DNA from: Nitrosopumilaceae archaeon
GTDB taxonomy: Archaea; Thermoproteota; Nitrososphaeria; Nitrososphaerales; Nitrosopumilaceae
Assembly: GCA_965209085.1 (NCBI GenBank)
Contig: OZ242376.1
Location: forward strand, 1,184,001 to 1,248,000
Direction of reading: 5' to 3'
DNA length: 64,000 bases
Below the pieces are notes generated by a model. That model was not told where the DNA came from and ran no database searches. It saw only the letters and a program-made list of their open reading frames with translations. The position numbers were made by a program, and so were the translations under genes. Position 1 is the stretch's first letter. Every line of letters begins with the position of its first letter. Positions 1-10,574 of this stretch are shown piece by piece.

Positions 1-1198
1 CAAAGATGTGCTACTTGATTTGAGGGCAAACTTTTTCCAACGGTTCGATATACTTGCGATCCTTTAACATGATGTGCAGATTGGTCAGTCCTGTAACCAC
101 TTGGATTTCTGTATAAAACGCATCCATTGTGTCATCATATATGGCACTCATTCTGCGGAACCATTTGAGCCGGTTTATGGCATGCTCTACTTTTATGCGC
201 TTACGACTGATCCTCTTGCTATATTCGCGTTCTGTCTCTGTCAATCCCCTACCCTTTGGTTTTTTGTATGGCTGCTTTGAGATAATGCCCCGATAGTCTT
301 TTTCCACGGACAGATATCCCTTGTCAGTATATAGCATAATTTGGCGCTCTTTTTTTGTATCAGAGTTTTTCATGCCATCGGTCCATTTGCCAAAATTTGG
401 CGGATTACGCCGCAGTACCTCCATGTCATGTACTGAGCCATCTTCAGGTCCGCCAATGTCAAGTACCAACCCGTCTTTGTTTGAGGTTATCTGTACGTTG
501 TAGACGTGCCTCTTGCGCTTTCCAGAGTATACTACCTCTTGGTTTTCCTGCGGTCTTTGAACCTGTACAAACGTGGCATCAAGATACAGCTCGCCGCCGC
601 CTCTGCCGGGTACGAATTTTTTAAACAACTCGCTTGTACGTATTGTCCGTATTGCAGCACCAATATTCTTAGCCGTTGGAAGAATATTCATCAACAATTC
701 ATCAGAAAAGGTCAGATATCTGCTGATGGTGCTCTGATCAACGCCTGCAATGGCCGCAAGCAATTCCTGTTTAGGATTGTTGCGTTTGCGGCACAGTGTG
801 ACAAACAAAATTTGAGATGCAGTGAGAATACAGGTGTTTCCAGGATCGTCGACATAATCTGAAAAGCGGGGGACCTTGGGCGAATATTCGATAACTTTTT
901 CAAACCGTTCCTGAATCCATTCAAACTCTTCACGGTTCATTCCAGTCGTCCCGTACAAATAATTGTCATCATCAATTATGTGGTTCAAATATTCGTAGGC
1001 AGATTGTTGCTTTTCGACCTCATTATCATGTATCGTTTTTTTGTAGTGTTGAATTTCTGCTTCAAGCTTGGAGATCATCTCTGTTTGCTGGGCGATTATA
1101 CGCTTGTCTGGGGCACACATGCTGTACGAATGTGATACTAGATCATAGATCTTTCGATTTGTCAAAATTGATTTTTTGGTTAATTATGCATAAGGTCT
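1..1198 (-). mobile_element. IS5-superfamily (ISL2/Harbinger-like DDE) insertion sequence, copy 1; transposase 11..1165; right end outside window
   Basis: 384-aa ORF with LDATFVQVQRP, YSGKRKRH, HDM, YTDKGY and RIKVEHAINRLKWF motifs. Terminal IR ends at 1198 (ATTATGCATAAGGTCT). C-terminal two-thirds nearly identical to 49055..50251. Confidence 0.9.
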
Positions 1199-1337
1199 AT
1201 TGTTTGTAGGTGGGATGTTTTCATGCTCTATAAAGGTAAACAGATTCATCGTCGCATCCTCCAACCGTTTGATCAAACTCTGCATTTCGGACATTTCTGT
1301 ACTGCGGTATTTATCTAACATGACATCAAGTGTGTAT
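1199..1337 (-). pseudogene. IS66-like transposase fragment
   Basis: LFTFIEHENIPPTNN matches the IS66 TnpC PxTNNxAER region. It is cut there by the IS5-type element and bounded on the other side by IS3. Confidence 0.55.
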
Positions 1338-2580
1338 TGAAGTGGATCCCATAAAATGAGAACACCCAAAATGAAACAAATTTTACCCAGTCATGAATGT
1401 ATCCATCAATGAAAAGACCACATCATGCTCCAGACGAAAAGGTGCGTATCGTCATGGAGTCAATAAACACACACATCACTCCTGCAGACTGTGCCGCAAA
1501 CATAACATAAATCCGGCATCCTTTACCCAGTGGAGTGACATATTCTTTGAATGTGGCAAGGCAGGCATAAAAAAACCGTATAATCGTAATGAGAGTAAAA
1601 AGCACGATCACGAGATGGACAAGTTGAAGAGAATCATTGGAGATCTAACCATAGCCAATGATGCTTTAAAAAAAACGTTAGAGTAGAGCACAAAATGAAA
1701 GCATTGACTCTCATGCAAAAACAAGGTTTTAATGTCCGCAAATCCATACGTTATACCAGAATATCCAACAATATGCTGTACGCTCCGAAAAAATCACGCA
1801 TTATTCAAATCAACAAGGAAATCTCAAAGATGGTGCAACAGGTTGGTCAGAGCAGACCAACATATGGAACACGAAGAATGGCTACCACCATGTCTCGTAT
1901 TACAGTCAAACCCGTAAACCGCAAAAAGATTAAGAAAATATACCATTATCTAGGCTAGAGTGTGCCTGCAAAACCCAAAAAAGAGATCATTCGCTCAAGG
2001 AAGCGCCCAAAACCTGCAGGACCTGATCAGCTCTGGCAAGCTGACATGACGTACATTTGGTGCGGTCAGGACAGATGGTGTTACCTATTCAACGTCCTTG
2101 ATGCATTTACCCGTGAATGGGTCGGATATGCGTTTGAGTCAAGAGCTATTACCGACGGTGCAATTGCAGCATTAACTGAAGCTTTAGCCTCAAAGAACCA
2201 GGACTGCTCAAACCTTGTTTTAAGAACTGACAACGGCTCCCAGTATATTTTAGCGCAATTTGACAAAGCTGTAAAAGCATACGGTGTGAAGCAGGAATTC
2301 ATCCACCATCACACGCTAGAGCAAAATGCTCATGTGGAATCCTATCCTAAGAGCCTCAAGAAAGAATATCTCTGGCCGCGCGACTTTGAGACGTTCCAGG
2401 ACGCTAAGGCTGCAATATCATACGCCTTTGAGGATTACAATCAGAACCGAGTACACTTTGCAATAGGATGTGCGACACCATCAGAATTTGGCACCGCATG
2501 GAGGGCAATGATAAAATGAGTCCTCTGATCCTATCATTTTTAATGCAAAAATCGTTCTCATTGTACAGGGGTCCGCACCA
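1338..2580 (+). mobile_element. IS3-family element, degenerate (orfA ~1393..1686; orfB split 1695..1958 and 1962..2519)
   Basis: rve core (WQADMTYI, LRTDNGSQY, NAHVES). TG...CA imperfect IRs. A8 tract at the end of orfA. In-frame TAG at 1956 where the copy at ~20982 has TGG. Confidence 0.88.
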
Positions 2581-2610
2581 ATGATCGTATGTTATTGACT
2601 AATTTGTTAG

Positions 2611-2874
2611 TCATGAGCTGACCTCATACTTTGGATTTGTTTTGTCATTTATTACTGCAGATGTGGTATTATGAATTTCAATTTTATTCACTCTACCGAC
2701 TTTACCATCTGTCAATTCTACTTTTATTCCATACGGATGATCGTGTGACTTTGTCAATATTTTTTTAATAATACCTTTTGTGGTTTTACCACTTTTTTGA
2801 TCATTTTTGCAAATTATATGTACTGATGAGCCTATGTTTATGTCATCTCTAGTTGGAATATCCGCCATGATCAT
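2611..2874 (-). CDS. YwbE/DUF2196-like small protein (short paralog of 36356..37162)
   Basis: KNDQKSGKTTKGIIKKILTKSHDHPYGIKVELTDGKVGRV motif. DNA is an inverted near-duplicate of 36282..36600. Confidence 0.75.
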   Translation of the reverse strand: MIMADIPTRDDINIGSSVHIICKNDQKSGKTTKGIIKKILTKSHDHPYGIKVELTDGKVGRVNKIEIHNTTSAVINDKTNPKYEVSS

Positions 2875-2954
2875 ATCAAAACATGGGTCATAATAAAATG
2901 TTGAATGTTAAATTCTGCAGATCATGTCTAATCGTCAGGCATTCTATGGAGATA

Positions 2955-2981
2955 AGCGGACCCGAGGGGGTCGGAACCCCC
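2955..2981 (-). repeat. att direct repeat: duplicated 3' end of tRNA-Arg(CCG)
   Basis: AGCGGACCCGAGGGG (15 bp) is identical to 54868..54882; 24/27 match over 54868..54894; same orientation. Confidence 0.85.
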
Positions 2982-3457
2982 CGGGGCTTGGAACCTTGGG
3001 TGTTTAGGCGTGGTTCAAAAGTGATCGCAGTACGTTCAACTGTATAAGGCCTATTGGGGAGCCTACTAATCCCCTACATCCATTTTTTTTATTTATATAA
3101 AATATATACATTATGTGTAATTTATTCATGATTTTTGCTTTATTATCACATATATTTTAGATAAAATGTTCAATACTCTTAAATAATTTGTAGTGTATTA
3201 TACAATCATGGAGGTTTTGAAAATAACTAATCAAGATGATTTAGACAATCATTCAGATCAATGCAATGAAAACAATGATGAATACGAGCACAGCAGAGAA
3301 GATTAACTAATCTCTGCCATCATATTGTTAGACGGCGATTCGTCGTTAATACAAAAAGAATAGTTTTTAAATTCATGGCTAGACCGGTTAGTCGGTCTAG
3401 ACCATTATTAATAAAATAAATCCAATTATACATCGGATCATATCTAGCAGTCATATC

Positions 3458-3509
3458 ATTACAACCTATACACGTTAAATTTATATTAGATTACAACCTA
3501 TACATTATA
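3458..3509 (+). promoter_or_regulatory. Repeated operator-like motif ATTACAACCTATACA (3458, 3490) flanking a TATA-like box
   Basis: Two exact 15-bp copies 32 bp apart. 3490..3509 matches the reverse complement of 53428..53447 at 19/20. Confidence 0.6.
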
Positions 3510-4309
3510 TGAATAAAGACGCGATCAATTCAAAAGAGGTAAAAAAATCCCAGGATTGCAAGTGGTTTTCATACAATCCTAGGCACATTGATTCAGAAAT
3601 CATCGGGATCAGTAGTAATTACAGATGCTTTGAATACAAGGGCGTAAAACTATGGGTCGGCACTGCTTCTGCTACTAATACAACTGATAGCATACCCAAA
3701 TGGCACAGTGAATGCGGTCAAAATCGGCATGAGGTAAATACTGTGTTATTATGGACCATAACCAAAGAAGCAGAACTGTGCAAGGAAATGTCTTCAAAAT
3801 CAGATTTTGTGCTAATAGATGGATCCATTCATTCTAGATTAGCTGAGCTAGGCAGGATAAATAAACGAAATATTCGTTCAAAAAATGATTATGATTTATT
3901 AAAATTTCTATATGGTTCAAAAAATGTTATTTTTGTCTCAACTATACCTAATTCAAAAACAACTTTTGGATACACTGATTTTGACATTGCAACACGTTAT
4001 GCTAGTTGTAGAAATACGGGATTTAGTATGATGTGCAAAGATGACAGATATGGCAGTGATTCAGTTGTTACCACCATGTATGCCCATTTGGAAGATTGGT
4101 CACCATTGTTAAGGATGGAAATGTTTGGTGATGATTATGATGAATCTAGAACAAAAGGAATCATAGATTGTCTGACCACCACGGATTTAACCGGCTATCC
4201 CCATGCATTATGGTTAGCACAAAGCATGTGCAAGATAGACAAATCAGACATCATGCGTCTAACTCGATCACAAAGTAAAGAGATCAGAACAAAACAGGTG
4301 CTTGCATAA
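3509..4309 (+). CDS. NurA-family nuclease paralog, probably catalytically degenerate
   Basis: DFVLIDGS, VIFVS and GYPHALWLAQSMCKI match the NurA layout. The N-terminal GIDxS motif reads GISSN and the C-terminal His is Gln. Confidence 0.7.
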   Translation: MNKDAINSKEVKKSQDCKWFSYNPRHIDSEIIGISSNYRCFEYKGVKLWVGTASATNTTDSIPKWHSECGQNRHEVNTVLLWTITKEAELCKEMSSKSDFVLIDGSIHSRLAELGRINKRNIRSKNDYDLLKFLYGSKNVIFVSTIPNSKTTFGYTDFDIATRYASCRNTGFSMMCKDDRYGSDSVVTTMYAHLEDWSPLLRMEMFGDDYDESRTKGIIDCLTTTDLTGYPHALWLAQSMCKIDKSDIMRLTRSQSKEIRTKQVLA

Positions 4310-4618
4310 ATGGATATGATACCAGAGATTGTTTTGGCAGCATATTTGATAACACGCGCTCTGGCAAATATTTTCCCTGGGAAATGGAATTTTAGACGTT
4401 TGTATTGTTCCTGGAGGCATTATCCAAAGCTACTCAAAAATCAAAATATCATAACTTTGGAAATTCTGGCGTTGTTCAATCAGATTTAATGTAGCATAAT
4501 CACGCCATTAGACTTTTTATACATAATGGGCAAAATTCACAATTTTTACGAGTAAAAATGACAGATTTGAACGATTATGCATAAAGTCTAATAAATAATA
4601 TATCCCACATATAACAAT

Positions 4619-7192
4619 ATGAGAAATCTATACTTTGAAAATTCAAATGACAATAATGCTTCACACCGTGAAGATGATATAAATTTTGGGGCCAGACCGT
4701 TTTACAAATATTTATCAAGTTTAAGATATCTATTAAAAAAAGAAAAGAAAACAATTGGGTTCGATCTCGTATCAAAAAAATATAAACAAAAAATGAAAAT
4801 GAAAAAAAATGGCATTTTTATTCGTTTAAAAAATTTAAATCAATCAAAATCATATATGAATGACTTTTTAGATGGAGAATTGAGCGAAATTACAGAAAAT
4901 ATTTCAAATGATGATGACAGAAATAATTTAACTGTAATATCAATATTAGATCGAGATTTTGATAAAAAAATACTAGTACTTGATCGACAGCCTAGAACTA
5001 AAGAAATATCAATACAGCCTAATACATATGCCATAAAAAAACAAGTGGAAGCTATTAAAACAATAATGATCAACCCATTAAAATCCCACGAACCAATTTT
5101 AAAATTGTTTTATTCATATATAAATACAGACTGGCCAAATATTCGTGAAGAATATATCGATAAATGGTTTATACTCAAAGATGATAAAAGAAAAGGAATA
5201 GATGAACAACGTAAATTTGTAAAAATTGCGTTAAACACAGAAGATTTTGCATTTTTGGAAGGACCTCCAGGCTCTGGCAAAACAACTGTTTTGTGTGAAT
5301 TGATAGCACAATTGATTTCTAAAAAAAAGAAAATACTGTTGTGTGCATCAACACATGTAGCCATAGATAACGTGTTAGAAAAAATCTCAAACGAGAAAGA
5401 AGAAATGCGGATGGAAGAAGTAATGCCAATACGATTTGGAAATAAAGAATCCATATCAGACCGAATAAAACACTGGCAATATGAACAGCTGTATGAAACT
5501 AAAAGACAAGAGTTTATAGATCATTTATCAAAATCAAAATCTGATAAAAAATCTCACAAGATTTTTTCTACAGTCTTAAATCAGAATGATGATGGTTTTA
5601 AACGAATTATAATTGATTCTGCAAATCTCATATGTGGCACACCTATTGGAATAATTAAGCATTTAGAAGACAATCAACAATTTGATGTGTTGATAGTGGA
5701 TGAGGCTTCAAAGACACTTTTTACCGAATTTTTGGTTCCAGCATTGCATGCAAAACGCTGGATAATAGTTGGAGATATACGACAACTGCCACCGTATATA
5801 GATGACGAAGAAAGTGTGGCAAAAATCATTGAGGATAAAATGAAAGAATACATTTGTTATAAAAATGCGTGTATCGATGTTTTTTGTGCAATTAAATACA
5901 AAGAGAAATCTATCGTATGTATAGATGAAAATTATAATGAAAGTATTGAAATTTATGAAAAACAATGTAAAATGCACAATATAAAAATTATTAATATCGA
6001 TAATATCAATAATCATTCAATACAGATTTTAGAAAAACATGACATTATAATTGGCTCAATAAAATCCATACAGAAATTGGGAAAAATTCCACAGAATGTT
6101 TCAATGATCAGATGTGAAAAAAATAATTTAGGAAAATTAAAAATGCAAATTTCCAATAAAATAGCTAAAAAAAGAAGTGATCGCACATGGGGTAATGAAA
6201 TCTCATGGAGAATAAAACGATATCATGAAATGAATCTTGTTAAAAATACAGAATATGCAGGAAATTCCGATAAAATTATGGAAGAAATAGAATCGCTTTT
6301 ACCATATGATGACGAAATACGAGACAGATTACAAAAACATATTCATGATGTGGAATTAGCAGCATTACCATCATTTTTAGAATTTATTCAACACGGTTTT
6401 AAAAGTAATAAAAAAGATTATTATCAAACGGTCATTACAAACGGAATGCTGGATGAAGATTTTTCCAAGAGACATATAAAACTTCAATGGCAGCATAGAA
6501 TGCATAAAGAAATAGCTGATTTTTCACACAAACATATCTATAATAGCGAATCATTATTTACTCCAGAATCCATATCCAAAGAACGTAATTGGAATTATTC
6601 AAAATATAAATTTAGAATGATTTGGCTGGATGTTGCATACAAACATGAAGATCCTGAAATATTTAAAAAAAGAAATATCCATAATAAAAATATCTCATTA
6701 AACAAACTTGATGAAATAAATATGAATGAAGCTAAAGCAATAATAAACGAATTAAAGGAATTTGTTACAAAAATAACTACAAGATCCGATCATAAACCAT
6801 GGGAAATAGCAATATTGACATTTTATAGAGGTCAAGAAGCCATAATACGTGAATTATTACGTGAATATACAAAAAATACTGAGGCGACCAGGTATTTCAA
6901 TATTAAATTAAAAAATATTAAAATTGAATTATGTACGGTGGATAGATTTCAAGGTCATGAAGCAGATTTAGTATTTTTAAGTATGGTGAAAAAACATCCA
7001 ACCGGATTTGTTAAGATTGTAAACCGTCTAAATGTGGCATTGACTAGAGCACGCTATCAATGTGTTATAGTTGGAAATAATAAAGGATATGTTAAAGATG
7101 ATGAAAAGTACAAATCAATAACTAGTATATTAGCGAAAGAAATCAGTACAAATAAAAAAATGTGGGGTGATGTAATTGATTCAGGTTTGTGA
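4619..7192 (+). CDS. SF1 helicase (Upf1/DNA2/NAM7-like, AAA_11/AAA_12)
   Basis: GPPGSGKT, ASTHVAIDN, DEAS, GDIRQLPP, QHRMH, TVDRFQG and RLNVALTRAR motifs; long insert between motifs III and IV. Confidence 0.92.
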   Translation: MRNLYFENSNDNNASHREDDINFGARPFYKYLSSLRYLLKKEKKTIGFDLVSKKYKQKMKMKKNGIFIRLKNLNQSKSYMNDFLDGELSEITENISNDDDRNNLTVISILDRDFDKKILVLDRQPRTKEISIQPNTYAIKKQVEAIKTIMINPLKSHEPILKLFYSYINTDWPNIREEYIDKWFILKDDKRKGIDEQRKFVKIALNTEDFAFLEGPPGSGKTTVLCELIAQLISKKKKILLCASTHVAIDNVLEKISNEKEEMRMEEVMPIRFGNKESISDRIKHWQYEQLYETKRQEFIDHLSKSKSDKKSHKIFSTVLNQNDDGFKRIIIDSANLICGTPIGIIKHLEDNQQFDVLIVDEASKTLFTEFLVPALHAKRWIIVGDIRQLPPYIDDEESVAKIIEDKMKEYICYKNACIDVFCAIKYKEKSIVCIDENYNESIEIYEKQCKMHNIKIINIDNINNHSIQILEKHDIIIGSIKSIQKLGKIPQNVSMIRCEKNNLGKLKMQISNKIAKKRSDRTWGNEISWRIKRYHEMNLVKNTEYAGNSDKIMEEIESLLPYDDEIRDRLQKHIHDVELAALPSFLEFIQHGFKSNKKDYYQTVITNGMLDEDFSKRHIKLQWQHRMHKEIADFSHKHIYNSESLFTPESISKERNWNYSKYKFRMIWLDVAYKHEDPEIFKKRNIHNKNISLNKLDEINMNEAKAIINELKEFVTKITTRSDHKPWEIAILTFYRGQEAIIRELLREYTKNTEATRYFNIKLKNIKIELCTVDRFQGHEADLVFLSMVKKHPTGFVKIVNRLNVALTRARYQCVIVGNNKGYVKDDEKYKSITSILAKEISTNKKMWGDVIDSGL

Positions 7193-8303
7193 GTTATTCA
7201 ACATAATATTGAAAAAGAAAATTCAAATAAAATCTTGGAATATACGGGCAATGATTGCATTTCCGGAAAAAATTGATTATATTTTAGCAATTCTTTATCA
7301 TGTTATGGAAATGAAATCGCAAGCAAGTGCAAAATCATTATCTAATGAATTGTTGGGATCCTGGAACGTATCAATTGCAAAGGCATTATTAACAAAATGT
7401 ACTGATTTGGGATTAATCAATGAAAAAAATGGATTATATTCTATCACATATAATGGGAAGGATTCTATAAAACAAGAATTAATTTTTATGCCGATAGAGG
7501 GCACATGGAATATTAAATATGTAGAAGATACGATCATGTTCGAAAAACCAAAAATATTGGAATTAAATTTAACATATTCAGAATTCACTAGAGATGCAGA
7601 TGACAGAGTTGTTGAATTTAAATCAAGAAAGGATCGTGCGTCAGTAAATAATGTATCCAATGTTCCAGCATTCATTGACAATTTGTCAGGCACACATGTA
7701 AAACCTATAGAAGGTAAAGATTTTCGTATTGAAAATTATGAAGATATGGCAGAAGAATTACCACATAATGCAGAATATTTGTCGTGGAATATACAAAAGA
7801 ATCATTTAGAGATTTCAGTATCTAAAAGATTTAAAAAAATTAAAAGAGCATTGCATCCTCCAAACGCATCATTTGAAAGTATTTGGGAAGCAATGTTAAA
7901 ATTCAAAAATATTTCTAAAGAGTGGGATCGTGATAAAAGAAAACTTTTAGTTCAATTTGATAATGATGACATTACAGATCGAATTAACATGCAACATGTT
8001 TTGGAATTTATCAATCCAGTAATTTTAGATTACGGAACGTTTGAAAATGTAAGTGTATTAGTAGATGTTTATCCTAAAACAAAAAATGACGCACAAAAAT
8101 GGGCAGAGTTTTTATTTTTAAGTAACATAACAGAATATATGACAAAAGAAAGATATAATAAATTAAGAAATAAAATCCTAGATAAATTTTCAGAATATGA
8201 TATTCATATTGAAGAACGAACAATGTTATGTAATGGTGAAAAAATTTCAAAGCATACTTCACAATACTGGTATCTAAAATCAATGGAAGATTGGGATTTA
8301 TGA
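7176..8303 (+). CDS. Hypothetical protein with probable N-terminal winged helix
   Basis: 375-aa ORF overlapping both neighbours; wHTH-like ALLTKCTDLGLI..NGLYSITYNG segment. Confidence 0.7.
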   Translation: MIQVCELFNIILKKKIQIKSWNIRAMIAFPEKIDYILAILYHVMEMKSQASAKSLSNELLGSWNVSIAKALLTKCTDLGLINEKNGLYSITYNGKDSIKQELIFMPIEGTWNIKYVEDTIMFEKPKILELNLTYSEFTRDADDRVVEFKSRKDRASVNNVSNVPAFIDNLSGTHVKPIEGKDFRIENYEDMAEELPHNAEYLSWNIQKNHLEISVSKRFKKIKRALHPPNASFESIWEAMLKFKNISKEWDRDKRKLLVQFDNDDITDRINMQHVLEFINPVILDYGTFENVSVLVDVYPKTKNDAQKWAEFLFLSNITEYMTKERYNKLRNKILDKFSEYDIHIEERTMLCNGEKISKHTSQYWYLKSMEDWDL

Positions 8304-9379
8304 AAAATAAACAATTTAAACATAAAAATCGAACCAAACAGAAAAAAACAAAAAAAATACAAAATCAATTATCAAATTGGAAATATAATGAAAAATACAT
8401 ATCAAATAGGACTTCAATTATGATTGAGGATGTGATAAAATTGATAAATGGTGCAAAATCATTTATTGTGATATCCAGTTTCTTTTTAGCGCATACTAGC
8501 GTTGAAAATGCACTGTCTGAAGCTAGTAAACGTAATGTGAGATGTTATCTTATGTTTGCATCAAATATACGACTTCAACAAGAGCAATCTGATGATGAAT
8601 TTGATAAAAAAACATATAATCGCCATATTGAAACACTCAAGAAACTTTCAGGAAAAACGTTAATTCATTCATCAATTAATTTTCATGCAAAAATAATACT
8701 TTGCGATCCCAATACAAATTCCAAAGGTATGCTACTAACAGCAAATTTTACAGAAGAGGCTCTTGGGCATAATCAAGAACTAGCAGTTAATCTTACAAAA
8801 GAAGAAATTGAAGAGAGTATGAAAATTATCAAATGGGCATTTTGGGAATATGCAGATAATGAAATTGTGGATAATAAAGGCAATTTTCTAGCATACAAGC
8901 CCATAAAAAAAATTAGTGAGTATAAAGGTGTAAAAAATATACTGCAGACCACACCCACTCATAAAACAATAAAAAATGAGTTAATGGATGCCATAAACGA
9001 CAATTCAAGATCGATGATCATATCAAGCTATGGTTGGGAAGATAATTTTATAGTAGACAAGCTTTGCGATATGTCAAAACATGGCACAGTCATAACAGTT
9101 TTAGCTAGACCAAGACCTCAATATATTGCACTTTTTACAAAAATGAAAAAATCTGGCATTCGTATTTTAGGATACAAATGGTTACATGCCAAAGCAATTG
9201 TTACAGATAAACATGTGATTGTCATGTCGTCAAATATTGAAAAATTTGGCCTGGACAGGGGTTTTGAAATGGGGATAAAGATTGATGGGGAAAGAGCAGA
9301 TACCATAAGAAATATTTTAGAACAGTGGTGTACAGGATTTCAGTACGAATTTTTAATATCTAATAATAAAAATGGTTAA
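8291..9379 (+). CDS. Phospholipase D-family (HKD) nuclease-like protein with two HKD motifs
   Basis: HAKIILCD...TANFT and HAKAIVTD...SSNI. Confidence 0.88.
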   Translation: MGFMKNKQFKHKNRTKQKKTKKIQNQLSNWKYNEKYISNRTSIMIEDVIKLINGAKSFIVISSFFLAHTSVENALSEASKRNVRCYLMFASNIRLQQEQSDDEFDKKTYNRHIETLKKLSGKTLIHSSINFHAKIILCDPNTNSKGMLLTANFTEEALGHNQELAVNLTKEEIEESMKIIKWAFWEYADNEIVDNKGNFLAYKPIKKISEYKGVKNILQTTPTHKTIKNELMDAINDNSRSMIISSYGWEDNFIVDKLCDMSKHGTVITVLARPRPQYIALFTKMKKSGIRILGYKWLHAKAIVTDKHVIVMSSNIEKFGLDRGFEMGIKIDGERADTIRNILEQWCTGFQYEFLISNNKNG

Positions 9380-9449
9380 ACGTCAGTATTTCTAGCATAT
9401 GTTTTAGCATATATCGATTATGTTCATACCATCTTGCAAACACCACCAC

Positions 9450-9685
9450 ATATCTCGGTCCATGAATAAAATCAAAAACATACCATAAAGCTTTTAGATC
9501 ATGAACGTAAACAACCGAAAAAGCTTTGGATCAGTAGATCAGAGCCAATTTAATGAAATCAACAAAGCACAAACGACGAGGAAATCTTGCCAGATCACAC
9601 CAAATGTTAACCTCGATTATAATGAAAGCAAAAAATCAAGGGGTAAATCCATGGAAACCAAGTCCGTTAGGACAAACCGGCTTTG
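9450..9685 (+). pseudogene. IS66-like C-terminal remnant
   Basis: MLTSIIMKAKNQGVNPW resembles the IS66 TnpC C-terminal SLIxTAKxNGxNP motif. Confidence 0.35.
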
Positions 9686-9689
9686 ACCT

Positions 9690-10538
9690 CCTGGGAATGA
9701 CTGTGTGTATTGCCCTAAAAACAATGCAACAACTGTCATACGATGAACTCGTAGATTATCTTGAAGATTCACCACGTTTACTATCAATACCGGATTTGAA
9801 AAGAGTCCCGTCAAGGTCAGCGTTGCAGGTAGCATCTACTAGAATTGATGTACATTTCATCACATGGATGATAAATTCTGCAGGCAGACCTGGAATGAAA
9901 GGTACATTGTATGGAGATTCTACAGGAATTGCAATAAACGGGCATAACCCATGGCTTGATGCAAAAAATGGATCAAGGTTCAGACGGGATTATCGCAAAT
10001 TGTATATTGTAACTGCTGAAAACGGCATAATCCTATCATATCATATCATATTACACATGCATGATGCCATGATGCACCAATATTTGAGCAAATATGTGAC
10101 ACACTGCCGCACGGTTCCGGTCATGTGATGCTTGATGCAGCATACATTTCACGTAACATATGCACGCTCATAGAAAAGACCGGACAAATTCCTGTAATAA
10201 TGCCAAGAAAAGGTGTTCGCGTACGTGGATTTGACGCAATGGGAAAAGATGCTTCGATGGCATTGTGATAATCCTGATGAATTTCTATCCACATACCACA
10301 AACGCAGCAACATAGAGGCCACGTTTTCATCCATGAAGAGAAGGTTTTCATCCACTCTGAGTGCCCGCAAATTTGCAACACAGAAAATTGAATTGGGCTT
10401 CTTTGTCGTGCCATAATATTCACATTCTAGATGCTGCAGTCTAGATTCTGACACTTTGTATCAGATACGATCCTAGCGTATGCTATACTCTAAAACCCAA
10501 TATTTGCAATACTGGCAAGATGAGCAGGGCTTGATGAT
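9690..10538 (+). mobile_element. IS5/IS4-like DDE transposase pseudogene, copy A
   Basis: GDSTG, LDAAY and YHKRSNIEATFSSMKRRF spread over frameshifted ORFs; inverted near-duplicate at 43919..44754. Confidence 0.8.
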
Positions 10539-10574
10539 ATTGATGTGGTTTTACTACTAGATGATGTGTTATCT

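Noticed and set aside
2955-3030. Second tRNA gene
   Set aside because: Only the acceptor 3' strand and a mutated T arm are present, with no D or anticodon arm. It is an att repeat.
3379-3400. Palindrome CTAGACCG-N6-CGGTCTAG
   Set aside because: A single short hairpin; no further evidence for an origin, terminator or ncRNA.
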